Source: Dictyostelium discoideum (taxonomy: Eukaryota). From it: 64,000 nt of DNA. Location of the stretch: contig CM000150.2 of the NCBI GenBank assembly GCA_000004695.1, positions 2,912,001 to 2,976,000 on the forward strand. The letters are read 5' to 3'. Both the position numbers and the translations under genes were made by a program. Of this stretch, positions 32,304-44,742 are shown in pieces (the first letter of the stretch is position 1; each line of letters begins with the position of its first letter). The notes below the pieces were generated by a model. That model was not told where the DNA came from. It saw nothing but the letters and a program-made list of their open reading frames with translations, and did no database searches.

Positions 32304-33241
32304 TTATTTTTTAGTCAAATTTACAGAGGGTCCCTTATTATCGATTGGTTGATTATCAATTGGAATTACAGAAGTGTTTGGATAATTGTAATAAGGTTGA
32401 TTAGACATTTGTTGTTGTTGTTGTTGTTGTGGTTGTTGTTGTGGTGGTGGTAATGGTTGACCATTACCTAATTGTTGGCCTTGACCAGGATATAAATATT
32501 GTTGTTGTTGTTGTTGTTGTTGTTGTGGATTAGTACCATTATTATTAGGTTGTGTAGAATAATAATAATTCATTGGAATATAATGAGAAGGTTGTTGAGT
32601 TTGATTTGGACCATATGGGTCAGGATGTGGAACTGGTTGTTGAATATTTGCGCTATTTGGAATTGTCAATTCACACCAAATCTTTTGTCTAGTTCTATTC
32701 TTTCTATTTCTAAAATCAACATATTTTAATGTCCAACCAATTCCATGTTCATTTGTATATTCAGTATGACATTTTTGGACTGCGTATGATAAATTTTTTA
32801 AATACTAAATAAAAATTATTAATTAATAAATTATTTATTTATTTATTTATTTAATTATATATTTAAACCTCTTACCTTTGATTTAATAGTTGCCAAAGCA
32901 ATTAAAATATAAATAAAAGAAATACCTAAAATAATTATACCAATATACCAATAAATTGGAGTGAAATCTGAATTTTTATGTCTTTTACTTTCACCAACAC
33001 CAAACATGATTGCTCCTACAACTACTGAAGGAATAAATGATACAATTTGACCAATATAGGTATATTTTGAAACGTTTTCTAAATATTTTATAGTTTTATG
33101 ATATTTTTCATTTGTTACATATGGTACTAGCTCAATTGGCATATCTCTTTGAAATCTTCTTTTCAAATATCCAATCCTTTTTGATTTTATTATAACTTGA
33201 TATGGTGATGATGTTGGATAAATAAATTTTTGTGGTTGCAT
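32304..33241 (-). CDS. Orphan two-TM protein with a Q/N/P/Y-rich (prion-like) C-terminal tail
   Basis: Exons 33241-32876 and 32804-32304, joined by a GTAAGA...TTTAG phase-0 intron. TM helices are IGQIVSFIPSVVVGAIMFGVG and IYWYIGIIILGISFIYILIALATI. The C-terminus has QQQQQQQQQ and PQQQPQQQQQQQ runs and is Tyr/Asn-rich. Confidence 0.55.
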
Positions 33242-34560
33242 TTTATTATTATTTTATTTATTTATTTATTTTTATTTTTCTTATTTCTTTCTTTTTTTTT
33301 TTTTTTTTCTTTTATACAAGTTTTTTTTTTTTTTTTTTTTTTTTTTTTCTTTTATATATAAAGAGTTATTTATTAAAAAAAAAAAAAAAAAAGATAATAA
33401 TAAAAATAATAAATAAACTTTATATGGAGTATGTGAGTGTTAAAGAGTGATTATATAATTTTTTTACTTTATTTTTTTTTTTTTTTTCTATCTTTTTTTT
33501 CTATCTCTTTTTTTCTATTTTTTTTTTTTTTTTTTTTTTTTTATTATTTATATATATAGTTTTGAATAGTTAAAAAAAAAGATAATATGATGTATTTGGA
33601 TAATCATAAAATATTTATATATAATTAAATTTTGAAAAATTTTTTATAAAGTTTAATAAAAATAAAATAAATTAAATTAAATTAAAATTATGTGTGAGTG
33701 AGTGTGGGTGGGGTTAACTTAAGGGTGGTGTAATTTATTGGTTTATTATAATATGTGCACATATGTATTATTAATGAGTATTTGAAAAATTGTGCCTTTT
33801 AAATTTCTTATATTCATATAGGATGATGTGTAATATATTAAAATATATTATTTTTATTATTACTATTTTTTTTTTTTTTTTAAACTATTAGTGCATTTGT
33901 TTTTTTTTTTTTTTTTTTTTTTTTATTTAATTTTATTTTTTTTAATTTTTTTTTTGTATTTTTTTTTTTGCCAGATAGGTTTGCAAAAAAAAACAAAATT
34001 TCAAGAAAAACTTTTTTTTTATTTTTTGACATTTTAATTTTTTTTTTTTTTTATTTATTTTTATTTTTTTTTTTATCTTTATCAATATTTTTGGATGTTT
34101 TTTTTCCATATTTTCGAAATAAAGACTCTCGAATTTAGCATCAAAAAAAAAAAAAAAAAAAAAAAAAAATCAATGCAAAATCAAAATCTTAAATCTTCAA
34201 CCATATCATCATTACCTTCATCCAACTTTGAATTTTGGTTTCTTTGGTAATTTTGTAGTTGTTTTTGATTTTTTAGTTGGTTTTTTTTCTTGTTCTTCAT
34301 TGTATAATTCATTTGTTTTTTTGATTAAAAAAATTTATAATAAAATAAAAAAAAAAAAAAAAAAAAGTAATAAATATTTAATTTAAAATTTTAATTCTAA
34401 AATAAATAAAAAAAAAAACAATAAAATAAATTAATAAAATAAGAAATTAATAAAATTTAAATAAAAAAACAGTTATAAAAAATGAATGATAAATAATTGA
34501 ATTATAAAAATAATATTTTTGACTAAAAAAAAAAACTCAAATATAATTTTTAAATTTAAT

Positions 34561-35922
34561 TTATTTTTTATTTGAATTAACTTTAATTAAATAATTTTTT
34601 AAAACTAATAATAATTGATCAATTTCTTGTTTCGTAATTGTTAAAGGTGGACAAAAACGAATTACATCATCACCAGCATTAATGATTAAAATTTTTTGAG
34701 ATTTAGCATATGAAACCAAATCACTTACATTGTGATCCAATTGAATACCAACAAATAGACCACCAACTGTTCTAATTTCTAAAATTGAATTTGGGAATTG
34801 ATCTTTTAATTTCTTTAAACCATCAGTTAAATATTTACCTTTTTCTTGAACCTCTTTTAAGAAGGATGGTTGTGAAATACGTTCAAAAACATATTTACCA
34901 ACTTCACAAACCAATGGACCACCACCAAAGGTTGTACCATGATCACCTGGTTTAATTTCAGAGGCTACTTTATCGCTGACTAAAACTGCACCAATTGGTA
35001 AACCACCAGCCAAAGGTTTTGCCAATGTCATTATGTCAGGTTTACACTTTTCAGTATCGAATCTGGTATGAGCCCACAATTGACCTGTTCTACCAATACC
35101 ACATTGAACCTCATCGACAATTAACAAACAGTCATTCTCTTTACAAAGTTTATAAAGTTGTTGCATGAATTCCACGGTGGCAGCTTCGAGACCACCTTCA
35201 CCTTGAACCGGTTCAATGATAACGGCACAGGTTTTACTCTTTGACATTAACTTTTTTACACTTTCAATATCGTTATACTCTGCAAAGTGCACACCTGGAA
35301 CCAAGGGACCATAGATTTCTCTATACTTGGATTTGTGTGTGCAACTAAGTGAGCCCATGGAACGACCAGAGAAACCATGTGAAAATGCTATGATTTCGTG
35401 TTTGTCAACTCCACCCTTGGCAATACCAATCTTTTTTGCAAATTTCAATGCTGCTTCATTTGCTTCAGTACCAGAATTTGCAAAGAAAACCTTATCGAAT
35501 ATTGGTGTACTTGCAATCATTGATTGTGCTAATTCAATCGCTGGTTGATTATAGTAGAGATTTGAAAGATGAGTTAACTTTTTCGATTGATTTGCTACAA
35601 CTTCACTCCAACCATCATTACTATGACCTAATGCATTCACTGCTATACCTGCACCAAAATCTAAATATTTATCACCTTTCATATCATATAACCAACTATC
35701 CTTACCATGAGTGAATACAATATCACTAACACGTCCATAGGTATTCATTATAACATTATCATGTAATTTAATATAATCTGATGTACCATCTTTATTATCT
35801 CTATCTAATTTAACATTTGTAATACCTTCTTTAAAAATTGGTTTACTTGAATAATTTATTTGATAAATTGATTTATTAAAACAATTTTTAATTTTATTAA
35901 TTTTATTTAATTTATTAAACAT
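34561..35922 (-). CDS. argD: Acetylornithine aminotransferase (class-III PLP aminotransferase), probable mitochondrial precursor
   Basis: Single exon of 453 aa. Motifs TYGRVSDIVFTHGKDSWLYDMKGDKYLDFGAGIAVNALGH and LLIVDEVQCGIGRTGQLWAH are characteristic of ArgD/OAT-class enzymes. The basic N-terminus is presequence-like. Confidence 0.8.
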   Translation of the reverse strand: MFNKLNKINKIKNCFNKSIYQINYSSKPIFKEGITNVKLDRDNKDGTSDYIKLHDNVIMNTYGRVSDIVFTHGKDSWLYDMKGDKYLDFGAGIAVNALGHSNDGWSEVVANQSKKLTHLSNLYYNQPAIELAQSMIASTPIFDKVFFANSGTEANEAALKFAKKIGIAKGGVDKHEIIAFSHGFSGRSMGSLSCTHKSKYREIYGPLVPGVHFAEYNDIESVKKLMSKSKTCAVIIEPVQGEGGLEAATVEFMQQLYKLCKENDCLLIVDEVQCGIGRTGQLWAHTRFDTEKCKPDIMTLAKPLAGGLPIGAVLVSDKVASEIKPGDHGTTFGGGPLVCEVGKYVFERISQPSFLKEVQEKGKYLTDGLKKLKDQFPNSILEIRTVGGLFVGIQLDHNVSDLVSYAKSQKILIINAGDDVIRFCPPLTITKQEIDQLLLVLKNYLIKVNSNKK

Positions 35923-36284
35923 TATTTAATTAATTAATAATTATTCTTTATTATTATATATATATTTGTTTAAAAAAAAAAAAAAAAAAAAATGAAAATA
36001 ATTTTTTTAAAAAAAAAAAAAAAAATTTCTTTCTAAAAAGTATGTATTAGGAGTGTTCACAAAAAAAATAAAAAAATAAAAAAATAAAAAAAAATAAAAA
36101 AAATAAAAATAAATAAAATTTAAAATAAAAAAAGATTTTCCAAAATAAAAAAAAAAAAAAAAAAAAAAAAAATCTTTGAAAACATCAATATTTTTATTTG
36201 TTTATTTTATTTTATTTTATTTTATTTTATTTTATTGCCAACAAATACATTGTTTTTTTTTTATTTATTTTTTATTTGTAAAAT

Positions 36285-38264
36285 TTAAATATCAATTGAA
36301 TCTAATTCAATTTCCATTTTATTATTATTATCATTATTATTGTTATTGGTAATTATTGTATTATCAGGTTGTGATAAATTTTTACTATTAAAATCATCAC
36401 CATAATTTTTTCTTGTACTATTATTATTATTACAAACACCACTATTACTACTACTACTACTACTTTTTATACCAGATGTATCACCACCACCACCACGAGT
36501 TGATGATGAAACAGTTGTGATTGATATTTTACTTTTAATTTTAGTAACAAAGAATGATTCAGTCCAAGCGTTTCTAGCAATTTCAGAAGTACCAAAAATT
36601 CCAAAAAATAAAATTCCAAAGAATCTAATTAAAAAGTAAAACATAAAGTAAGAATTAAAATTTGGACCAACTGTATAACATTCATCTAATGGATTTTCAC
36701 TAGTTAATAAACATAAAATATAATCTTCAACACCTTTTTTATAAAAATCATATTTTGATTCAGAATCAAAATAAAATACAAATAAGTAAATTAAAGATGC
36801 TGAAACTGTAACTACTAATACAAATGGTTTAAGTTCTCTAATTACAACTTTACTATCTTTTAATGATACATTTTTAGATATCTAAAATAAATGAAAAAAA
36901 TTAGTTTGTTAGTTATATATTTTATTATTTTTTTTTTTTATTTTTTTTTTACTTACTTTATAAATTTCAAAAATTACACCACAAATACTTAAAACACCTA
37001 ATAAAAGTGCAATACCACATGGTATCCAAAAGATTGCAACAACATACCATCTATCTCTCATCCAACATTCTAAGAAACCATTTCCACCTTGAAATTTTTT
37101 AGCTGATGCTAAAATTATTAAAGTTACTACAGTGAATGATAAATTACCAATCAAAAAATAACGAAAATTTGGTAATTTAAATTGCTTAATTTTTGAATAT
37201 AAAACAATTCCCATCGTCATTGACCAAAGAACACATAATGTTATACCAATATGAAAGATTGATCCTGTGAATCCACATAGTGAATCAACACGTTGTGTGG
37301 CAACTCTACCTGGTTCTGGACATAACTGTTTTTCAATTCCGACACCATAATTAATAATATCACTTAAATAGATAAACGAGCTTCCAATTGCCATTAATGC
37401 AATGCATACATTGTATTTTGATTTTTTTTTAATTAAGAGCCCAAATGTAATAACATTGAAAAGTGATAACACAAAACTTATTGATGACATTGCTTTTGAC
37501 ATATTAATAACACTATCCATTTGACGTTTTGTGTAATTTGGTATTGGACATGGCAATACACAATTGGTGGGCGTCAAATATGTGTAGCCCCTTTTCTCTG
37601 CATATTGGGGATCTGTGGAATTTTTCAATAGTAATGGGTACGGACATGATTCTAAAAATCCAACATTCTCTTGCACCTTATTCTTTTCATAATTTATTTC
37701 TGTGTCTATACATGGCACCATATACATACCGCCATTGGCAGTGTACCCATATTTAGTTAAATTATAGAAAGTTCCAATTTTTGGGAACAAAAAACTAATA
37801 GAACAGTCAATTTGTATAGCAAGTTGAGGACACCCAATTAACATTCTTTCACAAACTGATTTACACACTCTTTGTGGTAACGATATATTATAACCTGGTG
37901 TTATTTTTGGTGTTGTTTCAATACATGGTGATAATGCTGAATCACACATTCCAAATTCTATAAAATTTAAATCTTTACAAATTCCTTGTGAAAATGTTAA
38001 AGATTGAAACCCTTTTTGTAAAATTGGTAATGTTGAAATTTGTGATAATTTATCAATACCACCACCACCACCACCACCTGGTGTCGTATAAATACTTTCA
38101 CTATTAGATAATCTATTCTTACATAATTCATCACCTATATATGATGTACAAATTGAACTTTCGTCAACAATTCCAAATCCATAATCATTTAAACTATTTT
38201 GACAATTTACTAATATTAATATTAATTTTAAAAATATTAAATAAAATTTAAATTTATTAATCAT
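36285..38264 (-). CDS. Frizzled/Smoothened-like 7TM receptor with an N-terminal Cys-rich domain
   Basis: Exons 38264-36957 and 36881-36285, with the intron between TM6/7 and the tail. It has a signal peptide, a Cys-rich extracellular region (10+ Cys), seven hydrophobic segments, and a Ser/Asn-rich tail with a G5 run. Confidence 0.65.
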
Positions 38265-38364
38265 TTTTTATTTTTTATTTTTAAAAAATTTTAATAATAA
38301 AAATAAATAAATAATAGATTTATTAATTTTTTTTTCTTGTACTAGCAGGAAAATATTTGTATTC

Positions 38365-38414
<50 letters not shown>

Positions 38415-38992
38415 AAAAAAAAAAAATAATTAAAAAAAAAAAACCATTAAACCTTTAATTCGTACGATTAATCAAATACCAAGTTTTTTTTTTTTTTTTT
38501 TTTTTTCACAAGATTATGAATAAATCATCCATTATTATAAAGAGTAGCCATTGCAAGCCATAAAAAAGTGGAAAAAAAAAAAAATTTTTAAAATTAATAA
38601 AATCTTCTGAAAATTCCCAATTACTGGAAAATACTCTGCCCAATAATTTGTTTTTTTTTTTTTTTTTTTAAATTGAAATTAGTCTATTATCTGAGATTAA
38701 TATAAAGAATAATAATTGGAGGAGGGAAAAAAAAAAAAAAAACAAATAATTGGCACTTAAAATGAAGATATGATTGGTGACAAATCTAAAAGATAAAAGA
38801 AGAAAAAAAATTAAAATTAAAATTATTTGCTAATCCTTAACCAAAATAAAAAAAAAAAAAAAAAAAAAAAAATGGATTAGATTCGTAATTTTATATTCAT
38901 TTTAGCAAAAAAAAATCATTCTCAAAAACTTTACTGATTTTTTCTTAATTTTTTATTTTTTTTTTTTTTTCTTTATTTTTTTTTTTTTTTTT

Positions 38993-39027
<35 letters not shown>

Positions 39028-39186
39028 CATTTTCATCATTAATTAAACCAAATATTAATTTTCATTATTTTAATTTTAATTTTAATTTTTTTTTTTTTTT
39101 TTTTTTTACAATAACTGCAATTAATTTAACATTAGAAAAATAATAAAAATAATAAAAATTAAAAAATAAAAAATAAAAAATAAAAA

Positions 39187-41550
39187 ATGAAAAGAGTACC
39201 AATATTTAAATTATCAACATCAACTTTATTTCAACAAGATCATAAATTAGAGGTATTAACACATGGTTTAACATCAACACCAACTATTGTTAGTAGTAAT
39301 AATAATTTAACCTCACCAAATGGTAGTGATAATATAACAACTACCACCACCACTACAACAACAGATACATTACAATTACCACCAATATCATCATTATCAA
39401 TATCACCACCAACTACACCAAATAAAGTTAATAATAATAATAATAGTTTAACAGAAATACCATTATCATCATCACCAGGTGGTAGTTTAACATTTGATCA
39501 CTTTTGTAATACATGTTTATTAAGATTCACAGATAAAGAATTAAGAAATGTTCATTATAGATCAGGATTACATAGATATAATTTAAATTTACGTTTATCA
39601 CATTTACAACCAGTGACAGAGGAAGATTATAATGTATTAATTGAAAATGTTAAAAGATCATCAGAAGATAGTAGTAGTAGTGATGATAATTCAAGTGGTA
39701 GTGAAAAAGAGAATAATAATAATAACGATAGTGATAGTGATAGTAATTATGTATCAACTGATGAATCATCATCATCGTCAGATGAAGAATACTTATTAAG
39801 AAAAAGTAAATTATCAGAGAACCAAGATGTTTATGATGAAGAATATTATTATAAAACTCAAGGTTATCAATTTTTAGATTCATCAGTTGAAATGAATGAT
39901 CCAAAATTAAAGATAATTCAAAAGGATTTAAAATTACAATTATCAGTTTGGAAATGTTTATTAGGACCAACTACAATGTTTAAACAATTGTCATTACTTC
40001 CAGAGGGTTCAGATCAACAAAAACAATTATTGTCCACTATAATTGGCAATTTCAAACAGTATGTCTTGTCAAAGGATTTGAAATGGGTTGTACTACTTTG
40101 CTCGGGTGGTAGATTCGCAGGTGCCGTTTATTCAGGTGGTAAATGTATTGATCATAAGACTTTTCATCGTTACACTATGAGAAAGAAGCAAGGTGGTTCT
40201 CAATCTAAAAAAGACAGTGAAGGCGGTAATAAGAAATCCGCTGGTGCCGGTATACGTAGATACAATGAAAAACGTTTAAAAGAAGAGGTTGCTCAACTTT
40301 TGTCAACTTGGAAAGACGAAAATCACTTCAAACAATGTTCACACATTTTCGTATTCGCACCAAAAGGAAACACTCGTGATATCCTCTTCCCACCTGGCAG
40401 TTTCCTCTCACCAGATGATGAAAGAATAAGAGTTATCCCATTCCCAATCATTAGACCAACTTTCTCTGAAGCTCAAAGAGTTTCAACTTGGATTAGTTCA
40501 GTTGATATAGAATTATTTGATGAGGAGAAATTGGAATTGGAAAGAAAAGAACAAGAAAGAAAACTTAAAGAAAGACAAGATAAATTCGATCATGAACAAC
40601 GTTTAAAAGAAAAAGAAAAAAGAAGAAAAGAATTTGAATTACAACAACAACAATCTGTCGAAGATGATAAAGAAGATGAAGATGATCAAGATGAAAAACC
40701 AAATCAATTATTTTTAGCAATTAAAGAAAAAGATTTTGAAAAAGTTAAATATTTATTAGAAAAGGATGATAATTTTGAAATTCCATTACCATTTGAAGAG
40801 GAATCCACCACCACCACCTCGAGTAATAAGAGAAAACAAAATTTAAATTCACCAATATTTATAGCGGTTGAAAATGGTGATGTTAAAATGACATCTTATT
40901 TATTGAAACAATTATCAAATGATGATATTAATCAATTGAATCCACGTTGGGATTTCATTACACCATTACACAAAGCTGCAATCGATGGTAATTGTGATAT
41001 GATAGAATTGTTATTAAACAATGGTGCCGATCCAACATTATCAGGTGGTTTACGTTCTGATGTACCTTATGACTGTTCATCAAATCAAAAAACAAGAGAC
41101 ACATTTAGGGAATGGGCTGGTGACCATTTGACAACTTCGAAATGGGATTTCTCAAAAGCTCATATCGTGCCTCTAACTAAACAAATGAAACAAGAGAAAG
41201 AGGAAAAGATAAAACAAAAAAGAAAACAACAAAGAGAGAAAGACAAAATTAAAAAACAAAATGAAAAGGAATTACAACAACAACAGAAATTAGATGAATC
41301 TCAAAAACAACAAAAATTAGATGACCTAAATTTAGTCAATCAATTGGAACGTTCAAAACTTTCAAAAGAATCACAATTATCTCAAAGAGAGAAGCAAGCT
41401 CTAGCTGCTGAACGAAGGTATGGTGGAGTTACTTCCATTATTTGTGACAATTGTAAAAATTCTATACCTGGTACACCTTTTGAAAGATTGGTTTTTAAAT
41501 ATTGTTCAACTCAGTGTGTTTTATTACATAAAAAAACTTTAACAAAATAA
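39187..41550 (+). CDS. ANKZF1/Vms1 homolog (ribosome-quality-control peptidyl-tRNA hydrolase)
   Basis: Single exon of 787 aa. It has a C2H2-like finger FDHFCNTCLLRFTDKELRNVHYRSGLH, a VLRF1-type domain with the catalytic-loop GSQ (RKKQGGSQSKKD), ankyrin repeats (PLHKAAIDGNCDMIELLLNNGADP), a coiled coil and a C-terminal Cys cluster. Confidence 0.75.
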   Translation: MKRVPIFKLSTSTLFQQDHKLEVLTHGLTSTPTIVSSNNNLTSPNGSDNITTTTTTTTTDTLQLPPISSLSISPPTTPNKVNNNNNSLTEIPLSSSPGGSLTFDHFCNTCLLRFTDKELRNVHYRSGLHRYNLNLRLSHLQPVTEEDYNVLIENVKRSSEDSSSSDDNSSGSEKENNNNNDSDSDSNYVSTDESSSSSDEEYLLRKSKLSENQDVYDEEYYYKTQGYQFLDSSVEMNDPKLKIIQKDLKLQLSVWKCLLGPTTMFKQLSLLPEGSDQQKQLLSTIIGNFKQYVLSKDLKWVVLLCSGGRFAGAVYSGGKCIDHKTFHRYTMRKKQGGSQSKKDSEGGNKKSAGAGIRRYNEKRLKEEVAQLLSTWKDENHFKQCSHIFVFAPKGNTRDILFPPGSFLSPDDERIRVIPFPIIRPTFSEAQRVSTWISSVDIELFDEEKLELERKEQERKLKERQDKFDHEQRLKEKEKRRKEFELQQQQSVEDDKEDEDDQDEKPNQLFLAIKEKDFEKVKYLLEKDDNFEIPLPFEEESTTTTSSNKRKQNLNSPIFIAVENGDVKMTSYLLKQLSNDDINQLNPRWDFITPLHKAAIDGNCDMIELLLNNGADPTLSGGLRSDVPYDCSSNQKTRDTFREWAGDHLTTSKWDFSKAHIVPLTKQMKQEKEEKIKQKRKQQREKDKIKKQNEKELQQQQKLDESQKQQKLDDLNLVNQLERSKLSKESQLSQREKQALAAERRYGGVTSIICDNCKNSIPGTPFERLVFKYCSTQCVLLHKKTLTK

Positions 41551-42279
41551 ATTTTTAATTATCTTTTTTTTTTTTTTTTTTTTTTTTTCCTCTAATCTAA
41601 TAATCAACATCATTTTCCCATCCATTTTTATTTTTATTTTAATTTTAATTTTAATTTTAATTTTTATTTTTATTATTATTATTTATTATTCTCTTGGGAC
41701 TTTCCAATATTTTCATTAAATACAATTTTAGTAAAAAATGGATAACGCTTCCAAATATTAACAATTCCTCTTGAATTTTACCTATAAACTTTACATTTAT
41801 TTAATTATTTATTTAATAACAAAAAAAAAAAAAAGGTTAATAATTATTTTATTATTATTTTTTATTTTTTTATTTTTTTGTTTTTTAAAAAATTATATTA
41901 CCAATAACACCATTATTTTTATTTTTTTTATTATTTTTGGTTTTTTTTAAGAGGGTAGTAAGATATAAAAAATTAAGCACTAATGTGGTGAAAAGTAATT
42001 TCATGTGGAGCTGGTTGGTTGGTAATCTATTTTTTAATTTTCTAACCCAAAAAGGAAGAAAGAAAGGTATAAAAGAATGTTTTAAATTTAGAAACCAAAA
42101 AAGTTTCAATATAAATACAAAAAAAAAAAAAAAAAAAAAAGTTTTTTCATTCACTCATTCATTCATTTAAAAAATAAATAAATAAAAAAAAAAACAAATA
42201 AATAAAATTATTTTTCAACTCAAACAATTAATATTAATAATATTAATAATAAAAATAATAATAAAACTAAATAAATAAA

Positions 42280-42993
42280 ATGTCATTATGTAATAGATCA
42301 AATTTAGAAGCAATTGTTAAAGGTATTCAAACCAATAAAATATTAGAAGTATTTGATAAATATTATCATGATGAAATTGTAATGTATGAAAATGGTGATT
42401 CAACAAATCGTGTTGGTAAAGCTGCAAATCGTATAGCTGAAGAATCTTTTGTAAATAATTCAATTATTCATGAAGCAAGATTAATAAAGTTAATCGCTGA
42501 TGGTGACAATACAGCATATGAAATGTTCATGGATTTCACAAATAGTGGACACCGTATCAAAGAAAATCAATGGGCATTCCAACATTGGTCAAATGGTTTA
42601 GTCATTAAAGAAGAGTTTGTCAAAATTAAAACACCACCAACACCAGAACCAACAAATAATATAAAATCAAATTTAGAAGCAATTATTGAAGGTACTCGAG
42701 ATAATAGAATATTAGAAGTATTCGATAAATATTATCATCCAGATGTAATTATGTATGAAAAAGGTGATCCAACTAATCGTGTTGGTAAAGCTGCTAATCG
42801 TAAAGCTAAAGAATCTTTTGTAAAAAAAGGAAGAATCAATGAAGCAAAAGTATTACAATTAATAATTGATGGTAATGATACAGCATATCAAATGTATATT
42901 GATTTTACATATTGCGGAAATCGTATTCAAAAGACTCAATGGGCTGTTCAACAATGGTCAAATGGTTTAGTTATCAAGGAAGAGTTTTATTAA
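42280..42993 (+). CDS. SnoaL/NTF2-like fold protein with an internal 2x tandem duplication; divergent copy 1 of a 5-member array
   Basis: 237 aa. The two halves (about 110 aa each) are about 65% identical to each other and share NLEAI(V/I)KGIQ...ILEVFDKYYH...VIMYE(N/K)GD...NRVGKAANR...DGDNTAYEMF...QW..Q.WSNGLVIKEEF. This is consistent with SnoaL_2/DUF4440-type alpha+beta barrels. Confidence 0.55.
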   Translation: MSLCNRSNLEAIVKGIQTNKILEVFDKYYHDEIVMYENGDSTNRVGKAANRIAEESFVNNSIIHEARLIKLIADGDNTAYEMFMDFTNSGHRIKENQWAFQHWSNGLVIKEEFVKIKTPPTPEPTNNIKSNLEAIIEGTRDNRILEVFDKYYHPDVIMYEKGDPTNRVGKAANRKAKESFVKKGRINEAKVLQLIIDGNDTAYQMYIDFTYCGNRIQKTQWAVQQWSNGLVIKEEFY

Positions 42994-43283
42994 ACATTTT
43001 TTTAAAAAATGTTCACAACCCTAAAAATAAAGAATATACATATTTTTTATCAACTTATTTAAATATATTTTTAATTATTAATTTCATTGATTTTATATTT
43101 ATGATTTAATTATTTATCATTCATTTTTTGTAATTCTTTTTTATTCTGAGTAAGAACAAGAGGAATATATTTTATATAAAAGAGATTTAAAAAAAAAAAA
43201 AAAAAAATAAAACAAAAAAAAATTTTTTTATAAAAAAATCTAATAAAAATTAAAAAAAAGAATTTTATTTTTATATTTAAAGA

Positions 43284-44203
43284 ATGCCCAAAACTTCAAA
43301 TTGGTCTCCAGCTGAAGATAATTATATTAAAAGCGAATTATTAAAAAAACCTTCTTTGGTTGCCGACGATATTCTCAATAATTTAAATATTAATTTCCAA
43401 CAAAAAAGAACCAAAACTGCGTTAACCCAAAGGATAAAGAAAATTTCATCAGATTTAAAAAGTCACACAATCACCGTTCAAGTCCCTTCTGCATCTACTG
43501 CACAGACAATACCAACAATAACACCACCACAACCACAATTACCAAACCCAAATGACAATGAGGAAGAATATTCAGATCCATCAGAATCGGAGTCAGATGA
43601 AGATTCAAAATCCAACTCTAGCCTCAAAAGAAAGTCACCACTAAAGAAACAAAAACTACATGATTTGAGTAAAGCTTACCAAGGTAAACTATTATTATTA
43701 TTATTATTATTTTTAATTAATTAATTAAATTCTCTCTTTTTTTATTTATAAACAAAACTATAGAACCAACTGAACATCTTCATACTCCATTGGAATTCTT
43801 CGGCACTCAGAGATTAAAATTAAATGATCCCATCATTTTACCATTAGAAGATGGATCGTTTAAACTTGTTTTTGGTTATCCACCTTTTGATATTGAAATA
43901 ATTGAGGTTAAATATTTGGGTGATGGTAGAATTGGAATAAGATACCATGTCTTATTACCATCAAGAGAAGATCTAGAAACAATAGTTGGTTATGATTATT
44001 CATCCAGATGGTATATTAAATATGATTGTCTACCACTCAAAACCACAAGCTTTCACTTTCTTCATCACTCTGCCTCTACAAAAGAACAAGAAAAATATCA
44101 AAGTTGTAAAATCGATATTGAAAAAGATATAAAATATTTTTCAATAACAGTTACTCCAAAAGCAGTTGAGAAAATAGATTTAGATGAATGGATTGACTCC
44201 TAA
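43284..44203 (+). CDS. Small Myb/SANT-like domain protein
   Basis: Exons 43284-43683 and 43764-44203 with a phase-1 intron. The N-terminus NWSPAEDNYIKSELLKK is Myb-like, followed by an acidic Ser-rich linker and a basic KRK patch (nuclear-localisation-like). Confidence 0.5.
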
Positions 44204-44742
44204 AATAAATATAAATTAATTTAAAAAAAAAATAAAAAAAATAAAAAAAATAAAAAAAAACAATTTTTTTTTTTTTTTTGCCAAATTTTTTTTTTTTTTT
44301 TTTTTTTATTTTTTTTTCATTTCCAGCATCTCTATTTTTAAATTTTTCTTTAATGTCAAATTTGAATGTTTGAAAAATAATACTAAATAAAAAACAAAAA
44401 AAAATATTCAAGATTTAGTTCATTTATTTTATTTGATTAAAAAAAAAAAATAGAAATTAAATCTTTCAGTTTATTCTTAGTTTTTTTTTTTTTTTTTTTT
44501 TTAAATCTCTTGTGGTCCCATAAAATTTTTTTTAAAAACTTTTTTTAAGGCCTTCAGGTGTTTTTCATTTTTTTTCATTTTTTTTTTTCAAATCAAAATT
44601 TATTTATAAACACAAGAATGGTTGAGAACGACAACCAGATAACAATAAAAACTATAAAATGTAAAAAAAAATTTATTCATTCATTAAATTATCAAATTAA
44701 AAATACATATAAAGCAAACAAATAAATAAACAAATAAATAAA

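Noticed and set aside
38340-38420. Very long A tracts (A70 and others) considered as possible poly(A)-retrotransposon tails
   Set aside because: No adjacent ORFs or TSDs are present. Such homopolymers are normal Dictyostelium intergenic sequence.
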